Assembly (NCBI GenBank): GCA_032718475.1
Contig: JAUCBJ010004934.1
Span: 76,535-140,534 of the forward strand
DNA length: 64,000 bases
Direction: 5' to 3'
From: Nemertoderma westbladi
Lineage: Eukaryota > Animalia > Xenacoelomorpha
Shown: positions 44,401 through 59,400 of the stretch, in pieces
Numbering within the stretch: the first letter of the stretch is position 1
Layout: the number at the start of each line of letters is the position of its first letter
Made by a program: the position numbers and the translations under genes
Notes under the pieces: model-generated
Seen by the model: the letters and a program-made list of their open reading frames with translations, nothing else
Database searches by the model: none
What the model was told of the DNA's origin: nothing

Positions 44401-47400
44401 ACTAAAAATAAAGTAACTATATCAACATAGTTTGGGTACAGTCTAGAACTTTCATTATATTTGCTACTAAAAATAAAGTAACTATATCAACACAGTTTGG
44501 GTACAGTCTAGAACTTTCATTATATTTGCTACTAAAAATAAAGTAACTATATCAACATAGTTTGGGTACAGTCTAGAACTTTCATTATATTTGCTACTAA
44601 AAATTACTGAGAGCGAGAATAACATTATATTTGCTACTAAAAATAAAGTAACTATATCAACACAGTTTGGGTACAGTCTAGAACTTTCATTATATTTGCT
44701 ACTAAAAATAAAGTAACTATATCAACATAGTTTGGGTACAGTCTAGAACTTTCATTATATTTGCTACTAAAAATAAAGTAACTATATCAACACAGTTTGG
44801 GTACAGTCTAGAACTTTCATTATATTTGCTACTAAAAATTACTGAGAGCGAGAATAACATTATATTTGCTACTAAAAATAAAGTAACTATATCAACATAG
44901 TTTGGGTACAGTCTAGAACTTTCATTATATTTGCTACTAAAAATAAAGTAACTATATCAACATAGTTTGGGTACAGTCTAGAACTTTCATTATATTTGCT
45001 ACTAAAAATAAAGTAACTATATCAACATAGTTTGGGTACAGTCTAGAACTTTCATTATATTTGCTACTAAAAATAAAGTAACTATATCAACACAGTTTGG
45101 GTACAGTCTAGAACTTTCATTATATTTGCTACTAAAAATAAAGTAACTATATCAACATAGTTTGGGTACAGTCTAGAACTTTCATTATATTTGCTACTAA
45201 AAATAAAGTAACTATATCAACACAGTTTGGGTACAGTCTAGAACTTTCATTATATTTGCTACTAAAAATAAAGTAACTATATCAACATAGTTTGGGTACA
45301 GTCTAGAACTTTCATTATATTTGCTACTAAAAATTACTGAGAGCGAGAATAACATTATATTTGCTACTAAAAATAAAGTAACTATATCAACACAGTTTGG
45401 GTACAGTCTAGAACTTTCATTATATTTGCTACTAAAAATAAAGTAACTATATCAACATAGTTTGGGTACAGTCTAGAACTTTCATTATATTTGCTACTAA
45501 AAATAAAGTAACTATATCAACACAGTTTGGGTACAGTCTAGAACTTTCATTATATTTGCTACTAAAAATTACTGAGAGCGAGAATAACATTATATTTGCT
45601 ACTAAAAATAAAGTAACTATATCAACATAGTTTGGGTACAGTCTAGAACTTTCATTATATTTGCTACTAAAAATAAAGTAACTATATCAACACAGTTTGG
45701 GTACAGTCTAGAACTTTCATTATATTTGCTACTAAAAATAAAGTAACTATATCAACATAGTTTGGGTACAGTCTAGAACTTTCATTATATTTGCTACTAA
45801 AAATAAAGTAACTATATCAACATAGTTTGGGTACAGTCTAGAACTTTCATTATATTTGCTACTAAAAATAAAGTAACTATATCAACATAGTTTGGGTAGA
45901 GTCTAGAACTTTCATTATATTTGCTACTAAAAATAAAGTAACTATATCAACATAGTTTGGGTACAGTCTAGAACTTTCATTATATTTGCTACTAAAAATA
46001 AAGTAACTATATCAACACAGTTTGGGTACAGTCTAGAACTTTCATTATATTTGCTACTAAAAATAAAGTAACTATATCAACACAGTTTGGGTACAGTCTA
46101 GAACTTTCATTATATTTGCTACTAAAAATTACTGAGAGCGAGAATAACATTATATTTGCTACTAAAAATAAAGTAACTATATCAACACAGTTTGGGTACA
46201 GTCTAGAACTTTCATTATATTTGCTACTAAAAATAAAGTAACTATATCAACACAGTTTGGGTACAGTCTAGAACTTTCATTATATTTGCTACTAAAAATA
46301 AAGTAACTATATCAACACAGTTTGGGTACAGTCTAGAACTTTCATTATATTTGCTACTAAAAATAAAGTAACTATATCAACACAGTTTGGGTACAGTCTA
46401 GAACTTTCATTATATTTGCTACTAAAAATTACTGAGAGCGAGAATAACATTATATTTGCTACTAAAAATAAAGTAACTATATCAACATAGTTTGGGTACA
46501 GTCTATAACTTTCATTATATTTGCTACTAAAAATAAAGTAACTATATCAACATAGTTTGGGTACAGTCTAGAACTTTCATTATATTTGCTACTAAAAATA
46601 AAGTAACTATATCAACACAGTTTGGGTACAGTCTAGAACTTTCATTATATTTGCTACTAAAAATTACTGAGAGCGAGAATAACATTATATTTGCTACTAA
46701 AAATAAAGTAACTATATCAACACAGTTTGGGTACAGTCTAGAACTTTCATTATATTTGCTACTAAAAATAAAGTAACTATATCAACACAGTTTGGGTACA
46801 GTCTAGAACTTTCATTATATTTGCTACTAAAAATAAAGTAACTATATCAACATAGTTTGGGTACAGTCTAGAACTTTCATTATATTTGCTACTAAAAATT
46901 ACTGAGAGCGAGAATAACATTATATTTGCTACTAAAAATAAAGTAACTATATCAACATAGTTTGGGTACAGTCTAGAACTTTCATTATATTTGCTACTAA
47001 AAATTACTGAGAGCGAGAATAACATTATATTTGCTACTAAAAATAAAGTAACTATATCAACACAGTTTGGGTACAGTCTAGAACTTTCATTATATTTGCT
47101 ACTAAAAATAAAGTAACTATATCAACACAGTTTGGGTACAGTCTAGAACTTTCATTATATTTGCTACTAAAAATAAAGTAACTATATCAACATAGTTTGG
47201 GTACAGTCTAGAACTTTCATTATATTTGCTACTAAAAATAAAGTAACTATATCAACATAGTTTGGGTACAGTCTAGAACTTTCATTATATTTGCTACTAA
47301 AAATTACTGAGAGCGAGAATAACATTATATTTGCTACTAAAAATAAAGTAACTATATCAACATAGTTTGGGTACAGTCTAGAACTTTCATTATATTTGCT

Positions 47401-50400
47401 ACTAAAAATAAAGTAACTATATCAACATAGTTTGGGTACAGTCTAGAACTTTCATTATATTTGCTACTAAAAATAAAGTAACTATATCAACATAGTTTGG
47501 GTACAGTCTAGAACTTTCATTATATTTGCTACTAAAAATAAAGTAACTATATCAACATAGTTTGGGTACAGTCTAGAACTTTCATTATATTTGCTACTAA
47601 AAATAAAGTAACTATATCAACATAGTTTGGGTACAGTCTAGAACTTTCATTATATTTGCTACTAAAAATAAAGTAACTATATCAACACAGTTTGGGTACA
47701 GTCTAGAACTTTCATTATATTTGCTACTAAAAATTACTGAGAGGAGAATAACATTATATTTGCTACTAAAAATAAAGTAACTATATCAACACAGTTTGGG
47801 TACAGTCTAGAACTTTCATTATATTTGCTACTAAAAATAAAGTAACTATATCAACACAGTTTGGGTACAGTCTATAACTTTCATTATATTTGCTACTAAA
47901 AATAAAGTAACTATATCAACATAGTTTGGGTACAGTCTAGAACTTTCATTATATTTGCTACTAAAAATTACTGAGAGCGAGAATAACATTATATTTGCTA
48001 CTAAAAATAAAGTAACTATATCAACATAGTTTGGGTACAGTCTAGAACTTTCATTATATTTGCTACTAAAAATTACTGAGAGCGAGAATAACATTATATT
48101 TGCTACTAAAAATAAAGTAACTATATCAACATAGTTTGGGTACAGTCTAGAACTTTCATTATATTTGCTACTAAAAATTACTGAGAGCGAGAATAACATT
48201 ATATTTGCTACTAAAAATAAAGTAACTATATCAACACAGTTTGGGTACAGTCTAGAACTTTCATTATATTTGCTACTAAAAATAAAGTAACTATATCAAC
48301 ACAGTTTGGGTACAGTCTAGAACTTTCATTATATTTGCTACTAAAAATTACTGAGAGCGAGAATAACATTATATTTGCTACTAAAAATAAAGTAACTATA
48401 TCAACACAGTTTGGATACAGTCTAGAACTTTCATTATATTTGCTACTAAAAATTACTGAGAGCGAGAATAACATTATATTTGCTACTAAAAATAAAGTAA
48501 CTATATCAACACAGTTTGGGTACAGTCTAGAACTTTCATTATATTTGCTACTAAAAATAAAGTAACTATATCAACACAGTTTGGGTACAGTCTAGAACTT
48601 TCATTATATTTGCTACTAAAAATTACTGAGAGCGAGAATAACATTATATTTGCTACTAAAAATAAAGTAACTATATCAACACAGTTTGGATACAGTCTAG
48701 AACTTTCATTATATTTGCTACTAAAAATAAAGTAACTATATCAACATAGTTTGGATACAGTCTAGAACTTTCATTATATTTGCTACTAAAAATAAAGTAA
48801 CTATATCAACATAGTTTGGATACAGTCTAGAACTTTCATTATATTTGCTACTAAAAATAAAGTAACTATATCAACATAGTTTGGGTACAGTCTAGAACTT
48901 TCATTATATTTGCTATTAAAAATTACTGAGAGCGAGAATAACATTATATTTGCTACTAAAAATAAAGTAACTATATCAACATAGTTTGGGTACAGTCTAG
49001 AACTTTCATTATATTTGCTACTAAAAATTACTGAGAGCGAGAATAACATTATATTTGCTACTAAAAATAAAGTAACTATATCAACACAGTTTGGGTACAG
49101 TCTAGAACTTTCATTATATTTGCTACTAAAAATTACTGAGAGCGAGAATAACATTATATTTGCTACTAAAAATAAAGTAACTATATCAACACAGTTTGGG
49201 TACAGTCTAGAACTTTCATTATATTTGCTATTAAAAATTACTGAGAGCGAGAATAACATTATATTTGCTACTAAAAATAAAGTAACTATATCAACATAGT
49301 TTGGGTACAGTCTAGAACTTTCATTATATTTGCTACTAAAAATTACTGAGAGCGAGAATAACATTATATTTGCTACTAAAAATAAAGTAACTATATCAAC
49401 ACAGTTTGGATACAGTCTAGAACTTTCATTATATTTGCTACTAAAAATAAAGTAACTATATCAACATAGTTTGGGTACAGTCTAGAACTTTCATTATATT
49501 TGCTATTAAAAATTACTGAGAGCGAGAATAACATTATATTTGCTACTAAAAATAAAGTAACTATATCAACACAGTTTGGGTACAGTCTAGAACTTTCATT
49601 ATATTTGCTACTAAAAATTACTGAGAGCGAGAATAACATTATATTTGCTACTAAAAATAAAGTAACTATATCAACACAGTTTGGATACAGTCTAGAACTT
49701 TCATTATATTTGCTACTAAAAATAAAGTAACTATATCAACATAGTTTGGATACAGTCTAGAACTTTCATTATATTTGCTACTAAAAATAAAGTAACTATA
49801 TCAACATAGTTTGGATACAGTCTAGAACTTTCATTATATTTGCTACTAAAAATAAAGTAACTATATCAACATAGTTTGGGTACAGTCTAGAACTTTCATT
49901 ATATTTGCTATTAAAAATTACTGAGAGCGAGAATAACATTATATTTGCTACTAAAAATAAAGTAACTATATCAACATAGTTTGGGTACAGTCTAGAACTT
50001 TCATTATATTTGCTACTAAAAATTACTGAGAGCGAGAATAACATTATATTTGCTACTAAAAATAAAGTAACTATATCAACACAGTTTGGGTACAGTCTAG
50101 AACTTTCATTATATTTGCTACTAAAAATTACTGAGAGCGAGAATAACATTATATTTGCTACTAAAAATAAAGTAACTATATCAACACAGTTTGGATACAG
50201 TCTAGAACTTTCATTATATTTGCTACTAAAAATAAAGTAACTATATCAACATAGTTTGGGTACAGTCTAGAACTTTCATTATATTTGCTACTAAAAATTA
50301 CTGAGAGCGAGAATAACATTATATTTGCTACTAAAAATAAAGTAACTATATCAACATAGTTTGGATACAGTCTAGAACTTTCATTATATTTGCTACTAAA

Positions 50401-53400
50401 AATAAAGTAACTATATCAACATAGTTTGGGTACAGTCTAGAACTTTCATTATATTTGCTATTAAAAATTACTGAGAGCGAGAATAACATTATATTTGCTA
50501 CTAAAAATAAAGTAACTATATCAACACAGTTTGGATACAGTCTAGAACTTTCATTATATTTGCTACTAAAAATTACTGAGAGCGAGAATAACATTATATT
50601 TGCTACTAAAAATAAAGTAACTATATCAACACAGTTTGGGTACAGTCTAGAACTTTCATTATATTTGCTACTAAAAATAAAGTAACTATATCAACACAGT
50701 TTGGGTACAGTCTAGAACTTTCATTATATTTGCTACTAAAAATTACTGAGAGCGAGAATAACATTATATTTGCTACTAAAAATAAAGTAACTATATCAAC
50801 ATAGTTTGGGTACAGTCTAGAACTTTCATTATATTTGCTACTAAAAATAAAGTAACTATATCAACATAGTTTGGATACAGTCTAGAACTTTCATTATATT
50901 TGCTACTAAAAATAAAGTAACTATATCAACACAGTTTGGATACAGTCTAGAACTTTCATTATATTTGCTACTAAAAATAAAGTAACTATATCAACACAGT
51001 TTGGGTACAGTCTAGAACTTTCATTATATTTGCTACTAAAAATAAAGTAACTATATCAACATAGTTTGGATACAGTCTAGAACTTTCATTATATTTGCTA
51101 TTAAAAATTACTGAGAGCGAGAATAACATTATATTTGCTACTAAAAATAAAGTAACTATATCAACACAGTTTGGGTACAGTCTAGAACTTTCATTATATT
51201 TGCTACTAAAAATTACTGAGAGCGAGAATAACATTATATTTGCTACTAAAAATAAAGTAACTATATCAACACAGTTTGGATACAGTCTAGAACTTTCATT
51301 ATATTTGCTACTAAAAATAAAGTAACTATATCAACATAGTTTGGATACAGTCTAGAACTTTCATTATATTTGCTACTAAAAATAAAGTAACTATATCAAC
51401 ATAGTTTGGATACAGTCTAGAACTTTCATTATATTTGCTACTAAAAATTACTGAGAGCGAGAATAACATTATATTTGCTACTAAAAATAAAGTAACTATA
51501 TCAACACAGTTTGGGTACAGTCTAGAACTTTCATTATATTTGCTACTAAAAATAAAGTAACTATATCAACACAGTTTGGGTACAGTCTAGAACTTTCATT
51601 ATATTTGCTACTAAAAATAAAGTAACTATATCAACATAGTTTGGATACAGTCTAGAACTTTCATTATATTTGCTATTAAAAATTACTGAGAGCGAGAATA
51701 ACATTATATTTGCTACTAAAAATAAAGTAACTATATCAACACAGTTTGGGTACAGTCTAGAACTTTCATTATATTTGCTACTAAAAATTACTGAGAGCGA
51801 GAATAACATTATATTTGCTACTAAAAATAAAGTAACTATATCAACACAGTTTGGATACAGTCTAGAACTTTCATTATATTTGCTACTAAAAATAAAGTAA
51901 CTATATCAACATAGTTTGGATACAGTCTAGAACTTTCATTATATTTGCTACTAAAAATAAAGTAACTATATCAACACAGTTTGGATACAGTCTAGAACTT
52001 TCATTATATTTGCTATTAAAAATTACTGAGAGCGAGAATAACATTATATTTGCTACTAAAAATAAAGTAACTATATCAACACAGTTTGGGTACAGTCTAG
52101 AACTTTCATTATATTTGCTACTAAAAATTACCGAGAGCGAGAATAACATTATATTTGCTACTAAAAATAAAGTAACTATATCAACACAGTTTGGATACAG
52201 TCTAGAACTTTCATTATATTTGCTACTAAAAATAAAGTAACTATATCAACATAGTTTGGATACAGTCTAGAACTTTCATTATATTTGCTACTAAAAATAA
52301 AGTAACTATATCAACACAGTTTGGATACAGTCTAGAACTTTCATTATATTTGCTACTAAAAATAAAGTAACTATATCAACATAGTTTGGATACAGTCTAG
52401 AACTTTCATTATATTTGCTACTAAAAATAAAGTAACTATATCAACATAGTTTGGATACAGTCTAGAACTTTCATTATATTTGCTACTAAAAATAAAGTAA
52501 CTATATCAACACAGTTTGGATACAGTCTAGAACTTTCATTATATTTGCTACTAAAAATAAAGTAACTATATCAACATAGTTTGGATACAGTCTAGAACTT
52601 TCATTATATTTGCTACTAAAAATAAAGTAACTATATCAACATAGTTTGGATACAGTCTAGAACTTTCATTATATTTGCTACTAAAAATAAAGTAACTATA
52701 TCAACATAGTTTGGATACAGTCTAGAACTTTCATTATATTTGCTACTAAAAATAAAGTAACTATATCAACACAGTTTGGATACAGTCTAGAACTTTCATT
52801 ATATTTGCTACTAAAAATAAAGTAACTATATCAACATAGTTTGGATACAGTCTAGAACTTTCATTATATTTGCTACTAAAAATAAAGTAACTATATCAAC
52901 ACAGTTTGGATACAGTCTAGAACTTTCATTATATTTGCTATTAAAAATTACCGAGAGCGAGAATAACATTATATTTGCTACTAAAAATAAAGTAACTATA
53001 TCAACACAGTTTGGATACAGTCTAGAACTTTCATTATATTTGCTACTAAAAATAAAGTAACTATATCAACATAGTTTGGATACAGTCTAGAACTTTCATT
53101 ATATTTGCTACTAAAAATAAAGTAACTATATCAACACAGTTTGGATACAGTCTAGAACTTTCATTATATTTGCTACTAAAAATAAAGTAACTATATCAAC
53201 ACAGTTTGGGTACAGTCTAGAACTTTCATTATATTTGCTATTAAAAATTACTGAGAGCGAGAATAACATTATATTTGCTACTAAAAATAAAGTAACTATA
53301 TCAACACAGTTTGGGTACAGTCTAGAACTTTCATTATATTTGCTATTAAAAATTACTGAGAGCGAGAATAACATTATATTTGCTACTAAAAATAAAGTAA

Positions 53401-56400
53401 CTATATCAACACAGTTTGGGTACAGTCTAGAACTTTCATTATATTTGCTACTAAAAATTACTGAGAGCGAGAATAACATTATATTTGCTACTAAAAATAA
53501 AGTAACTATATCAACACAGTTTGGATACAGTCTAGAACTTTCATTATATTTGCTACTAAAAATAAAGTAACTATATCAACATAGTTTGGATACAGTCTAG
53601 AACTTTCATTATATTTGCTATTAAAAATTACTGAGAGCGAGAATAACATTATATTTGCTACTAAAAATAAAGTAACTATATCAACACAGTTTGGGTACAG
53701 TCTAGAACTTTCATTATATTTGCTACTAAAAATTACCGAGAGCGAGAATAACATTATATTTGCTACTAAAAATAAAGTAACTATATCAACACAGTTTGGA
53801 TACAGTCTAGAACTTTCATTATATTTGCTACTAAAAATAAAGTAACTATATCAACATAGTTTGGATACAGTCTAGAACTTTCATTATATTTGCTACTAAA
53901 AATAAAGTAACTATATCAACACAGTTTGGATACAGTCTAGAACTTTCATTATATTTGCTATTAAAAATTACTGAGAGCGAGAATAACATTATATTTGCTA
54001 CTAAAAATAAAGTAACTATATCAACACAGTTTGGGTACAGTCTAGAACTTTCATTATATTTGCTACTAAAAATAAAGTAACTATATCAACACAGTTTGGG
54101 TACAGTCTAGAACTTTCATTATATTTGCTACTAAAAATAAAGTAACTATATCAACATAGTTTGGGTACAGTCTAGAACTTTCATTATATTTGCTACTAAA
54201 AATTACTGAGAGCGAGAATAACATTATATTTGCTACTAAAAATAAAGTAACTATATCAACACAGTTTGGATACAGTCTAGAACTTTCATTATATTTGCTA
54301 CTAAAAATAAAGTAACTATATCAACATAGTTTGGATACAGTCTAGAACTTTCATTATATTTGCTACTAAAAATAAAGTAACTATATCAACATAGTTTGGG
54401 TACAGTCTAGAACTTTCATTATATTTGCTACTAAAAATAAAGTAACTATATCAACATAGTTTGGATACAGTCTAGAACTTTCATTATATTTGCTACTAAA
54501 AATAAAGTAACTATATCAACATAGTTTGGATACAGTCTAGAACTTTCATTATATTTGCTACTAAAAATAAAGTAACTATATCAACATAGTTTGGATACAG
54601 TCTAGAACTTTCATTATATTTGCTACTAAAAATAAAGTAACTATATCAACATAGTTTGGGTACAGTCTAGAACTTTCATTATATTTGCTACTAAAAATAA
54701 AGTAACTATATCAACATAGTTTGGGTACAGTCTAGAACTTTCATTATATTTGCTACTAAAAATAAAGTAACTATATCAACATAGTTTGGATACAGTCTAG
54801 AACTTTCATTATATTTGCTACTAAAAATTACTGAGAGCGAGAATAACATTATATTTGCTACTAAAAATAAAGTAACTATATCAACACAGTTTGGATACAG
54901 TCTAGAACTTTCATTATATTTGCTACTAAAAATAAAGTAACTATATCAACATAGTTTGGGTACAGTCTAGAACTTTCATTATATTTGCTACTAAAAATTA
55001 CTGAGAGCGAGAATAACATTATATTTGCTACTAAAAATAAAGTAACTATATCAACACAGTTTGGATACAGTCTAGAACTTTCATTATATTTGCTACTAAA
55101 AATAAAGTAACTATATCAACATAGTTTGGATACAGTCTAGAACTTTCATTATATTTGCTACTAAAAATAAAGTAACTATATCAACATAGTTTGGGTACAG
55201 TCTAGAACTTTCATTATATTTGCTACTAAAAATAAAGTAACTATATCAACATAGTTTGGATACAGTCTAGAACTTTCATTATATTTGCTACTAAAAATAA
55301 AGTAACTATATCAACATAGTTTGGATACAGTCTAGAACTTTCATTATATTTGCTACTAAAAATAAAGTAACTATATCAACATAGTTTGGATACAGTCTAG
55401 AACTTTCATTATATTTGCTACTAAAAATAAAGTAACTATATCAACATAGTTTGGGTACAGTCTAGAACTTTCATTATATTTGCTACTAAAAATAAAGTAA
55501 CTATATCAACATAGTTTGGGTACAGTCTAGAACTTTCATTATATTTGCTACTAAAAATAAAGTAACTATATCAACATAGTTTGGATACAGTCTAGAACTT
55601 TCATTATATTTGCTACTAAAAATTACTGAGAGCGAGAATAACATTATATTTGCTACTAAAAATAAAGTAACTATATCAACATAGTTTGGATACAGTCTAG
55701 AACTTTCATTATATTTGCTACTAAAAATAAAGTAACTATATCAACATAGTTTGGGTACAGTCTAGAACTTTCATTATATTTGCTACTAAAAATTACTGAG
55801 AGCGAGAATAACATTATATTTGCTACTAAAAATAAAGTAACTATATCAACACAGTTTGGGTACAGTCTAGAACTTTCATTATATTTGCTACTAAAAATAA
55901 AGTAACTATATCAACATAGTTTGGGTACAGTCTAGAACTTTCATTATATTTGCTACTAAAAATTACTGAGAGCGAGAATAACATTATATTTGCTACTAAA
56001 AATAAAGTAACTATATCAACACAGTTTGGGTACAGTCTAGAACTTTCATTATATTTGCTACTAAAAATAAAGTAACTATATCAACACAGTTTGGGTACAG
56101 TCTAGAACTTTCATTATATTTGCTACTAAAAATAAAGTAACTATATCAACATAGTTTGGGTACAGTCTAGAACTTTCATTATATTTGCTACTAAAAATTA
56201 CTGAGAGCGAGAATAACATTATATTTGCTACTAAAAATAAAGTAACTATATCAACACAGTTTGGGTACAGTCTAGAACTTTCATTATATTTGCTACTAAA
56301 AATAAAGTAACTATATCAACACAGTTTGGGTACAGTCTAGAACTTTCATTATATTTGCTACTAAAAATTACTGAGAGCGAGAATAACATTATATTTGCTA

Positions 56401-59400
56401 CTAAAAATAAAGTAACTATATCAACACAGTTTGGATACAGTCTAGAACTTTCATTATATTTGCTACTAAAAATAAAGTAACTATATCAACATAGTTTGGG
56501 TACAGTCTAGAACTTTCATTATATTTGCTACTAAAAATAAAGTAACTATATCAACATAGTTTGGGTACAGTCTAGAACTTTCATTATATTTGCTACTAAA
56601 AATAAAGTAACTATATCAACACAGTTTGGGTACAGTCTAGAACTTTCATTATATTTGCTACTAAAAATAAAGTAACTATATCAACATAGTTTGGGTACAG
56701 TCTAGAACTTTCATTATATTTGCTACTAAAAATAAAGTAACTATATCAACACAGTTTGGGTACAGTCTAGAACTTTCATTATATTTGCTACTAAAAATAA
56801 AGTAACTATATCAACACAGTTTGGGTACAGTCTAGAACTTTCATTATATTTGCTACTAAAAATAAAGTAACTATATCAACACAGTTTGGGTACAGTCTAG
56901 AACTTTCATTATATTTGCTACTAAAAATAAAGTAACTATATCAACACAGTTTGGGTACAGTCTAGAACTTTCATTATATTTGCTACTAAAAATAAAGTAA
57001 CTATATCAACATAGTTTGGGTACAGTCTAGAACTTTCATTATATTTGCTACTAAAAATAAAGTAACTATATCAACACAGTTTGGGTACAGTCTAGAACTT
57101 TCATTATATTAGCTACTAAAAATAAAGTAACTATATCAACACAGTTTGGGTACAGTCTAGAACTTTCATTATATTAGCTACTAAAAATAAAGTAACTATA
57201 TCAACACAGTTTGGGTACAGTCTAGAACTTTCATTATATTAGCTACTAAAAATAAAGTAACTATATCAACACAGTTTGGATACAGTCTAGAACTTTCATT
57301 ATATTAGCTACTAAAAATAAAGTAACTATATCAACACAGTTTGGGTACAGTCTAGAACTTTCATTATATTTGCTACTAAAAATTACTGAGAGCGAGAATA
57401 ACATTATATTAGCTACTAAAAATAAAGTAACTATATCAACACAGTTTGGGTACAGTCTAGAACTTTCATTATATTTGCTACTAAAAATAAAGTAACTATA
57501 TCAACACAGTTTGGGTACAGTCTAGAACTTTCATTATATTAGCTACTAAAAATAAAGTAACTATATCAACACAGTTTGGGTACAGTCTAGAACTTTCATT
57601 ATATTTGCTACTAAAAATTACTGAGAGCGAGAATAACATTATATTAGCTACTAAAAATAAAGTAACTATATCAACACAGTTTGGGTACAGTCTAGAACTT
57701 TCATTATATTTGCTACTAAAAATAAAGTAACTATATCAACACAGTTTGGGTACAGTCTAGAACTTTCATTATATTTGCTACTAAAAATTACTGAGAGCGA
57801 GAATAACATTATATTAGCTACTAAAAATAAAGTAACTATATCAACACAGTTTGGGTACAGTCTAGAACTTTCATTATATTTGCTACTAAAAATAAAGTAA
57901 CTATATCAACACAGTTTGGGTACAGTCTAGAACTTTCATTATATTAGCTACTAAAAATAAAGTAACTATATCAACACAGTTTGGGTACAGTCTAGAACTT
58001 TCATTATATTTGCTACTAAAAATAAAGTAACTATATCAACACAGTTTGGGTACAGTCTAGAACTTTCATTATATTTGCTACTAAAAATTACTGAGAGCGA
58101 GAATAACATTATATTAGCTACTAAAAATAAAGTAACTATATCAACACAGTTTGGGTACAGTCTAGAACTTTCATTATATTAGCTACTAAAAATAAAGTAA
58201 CTATATCAACACAGTTTGGGTACAGTCTAGAACTTTCATTATATTAGCTACTAAAAATAAAGTAACTATATCAACACAGTTTGGGTACAGTCTAGAACTT
58301 TCATTATATTAGCTACTAAAAATAAAGTAACTATATCAACACAGTTTGGGTACAGTCTAGAACTTTCATTATATTTGCTACTAAAAATTACTGAGAGCGA
58401 GAATAACATTATATTAGCTACTAAAAATAAAGTAACTATATCAACATAGTTTGGGTACAGTCTAGAACTTTCATTATATTTGCTACTAAAAATAAAGTAA
58501 CTATATCAACATAGTTTGGGTACAGTCTAGAACTTTCATTATATTTGCTACTAAAAATAAAGTAACTATATCAACACAGTTTGGGTACAGTCTAGAACTT
58601 TCATTATATTTGCTACTAAAAATAAAGTAACTATATCAACATAGTTTGGGTACAGTCTAGAACTTTCATTATATTTGCTACTAAAAATAAAGTAACTATA
58701 TCAACATAGTTTGGGTACAGTCTAGAACTTTCATTATATTAGCTACTAAAAATAAAGTAACTATATCAACACAGTTTGGGTGCAGTCTAGAACTTTCATT
58801 ATATTTGCTACTAAAAATAAAGTAACTATATCAACACAGTTTGGGTACAGTCTAGAACTTTCATTATATTTGCTACTAAAAATAAAGTAACTATATCAAC
58901 ACAGTTTGGGTACAGTCTAGAACTTTCATTATATTAGCTACTAAAAATAAAGTAACTATATCAACACAGTTTGGGTACAGTCTAGAACTTTCATTATATT
59001 TGCTACTAAAAATTACTGAGAGCGAGAATAACATTATATTAGCTACTAAAAATAAAGTAACTATATCAACACAGTTTGGGTACAGTCTAGAACTTTCATT
59101 ATATTAGCTACTAAAAATAAAGTAACTATATCAACACAGTTTGGATACAGTCTAGAACTTTCATTATATTTGCTACTAAAAATTACTGAGAGCGAGAATA
59201 ACATTATATTAGCTACTAAAAATAAAGTAACTATATCAACACAGTTTGGGTACAGTCTAGAACTTTCATTATATTTGCTACTAAAAATAAAGTAACTATA
59301 TCAACATAGTTTGGGTACAGTCTAGAACTTTCATTATATTTGCTACTAAAAATAAAGTAACTATATCAACACAGTTTGGGTACAGTCTAGAACTTTCATT

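Noticed and set aside
21-53845. Dozens of ORFs with 35-aa repeats on both strands (MLLKITESENN..., MLFSLSVIFSS...)
   Set aside because: They appear wherever A+B = 105 bp (a multiple of 3) repeats and end at the next AA junction. The plus-strand ones start at TTG, and they overlap antisense copies of themselves. These are satellite artefacts.
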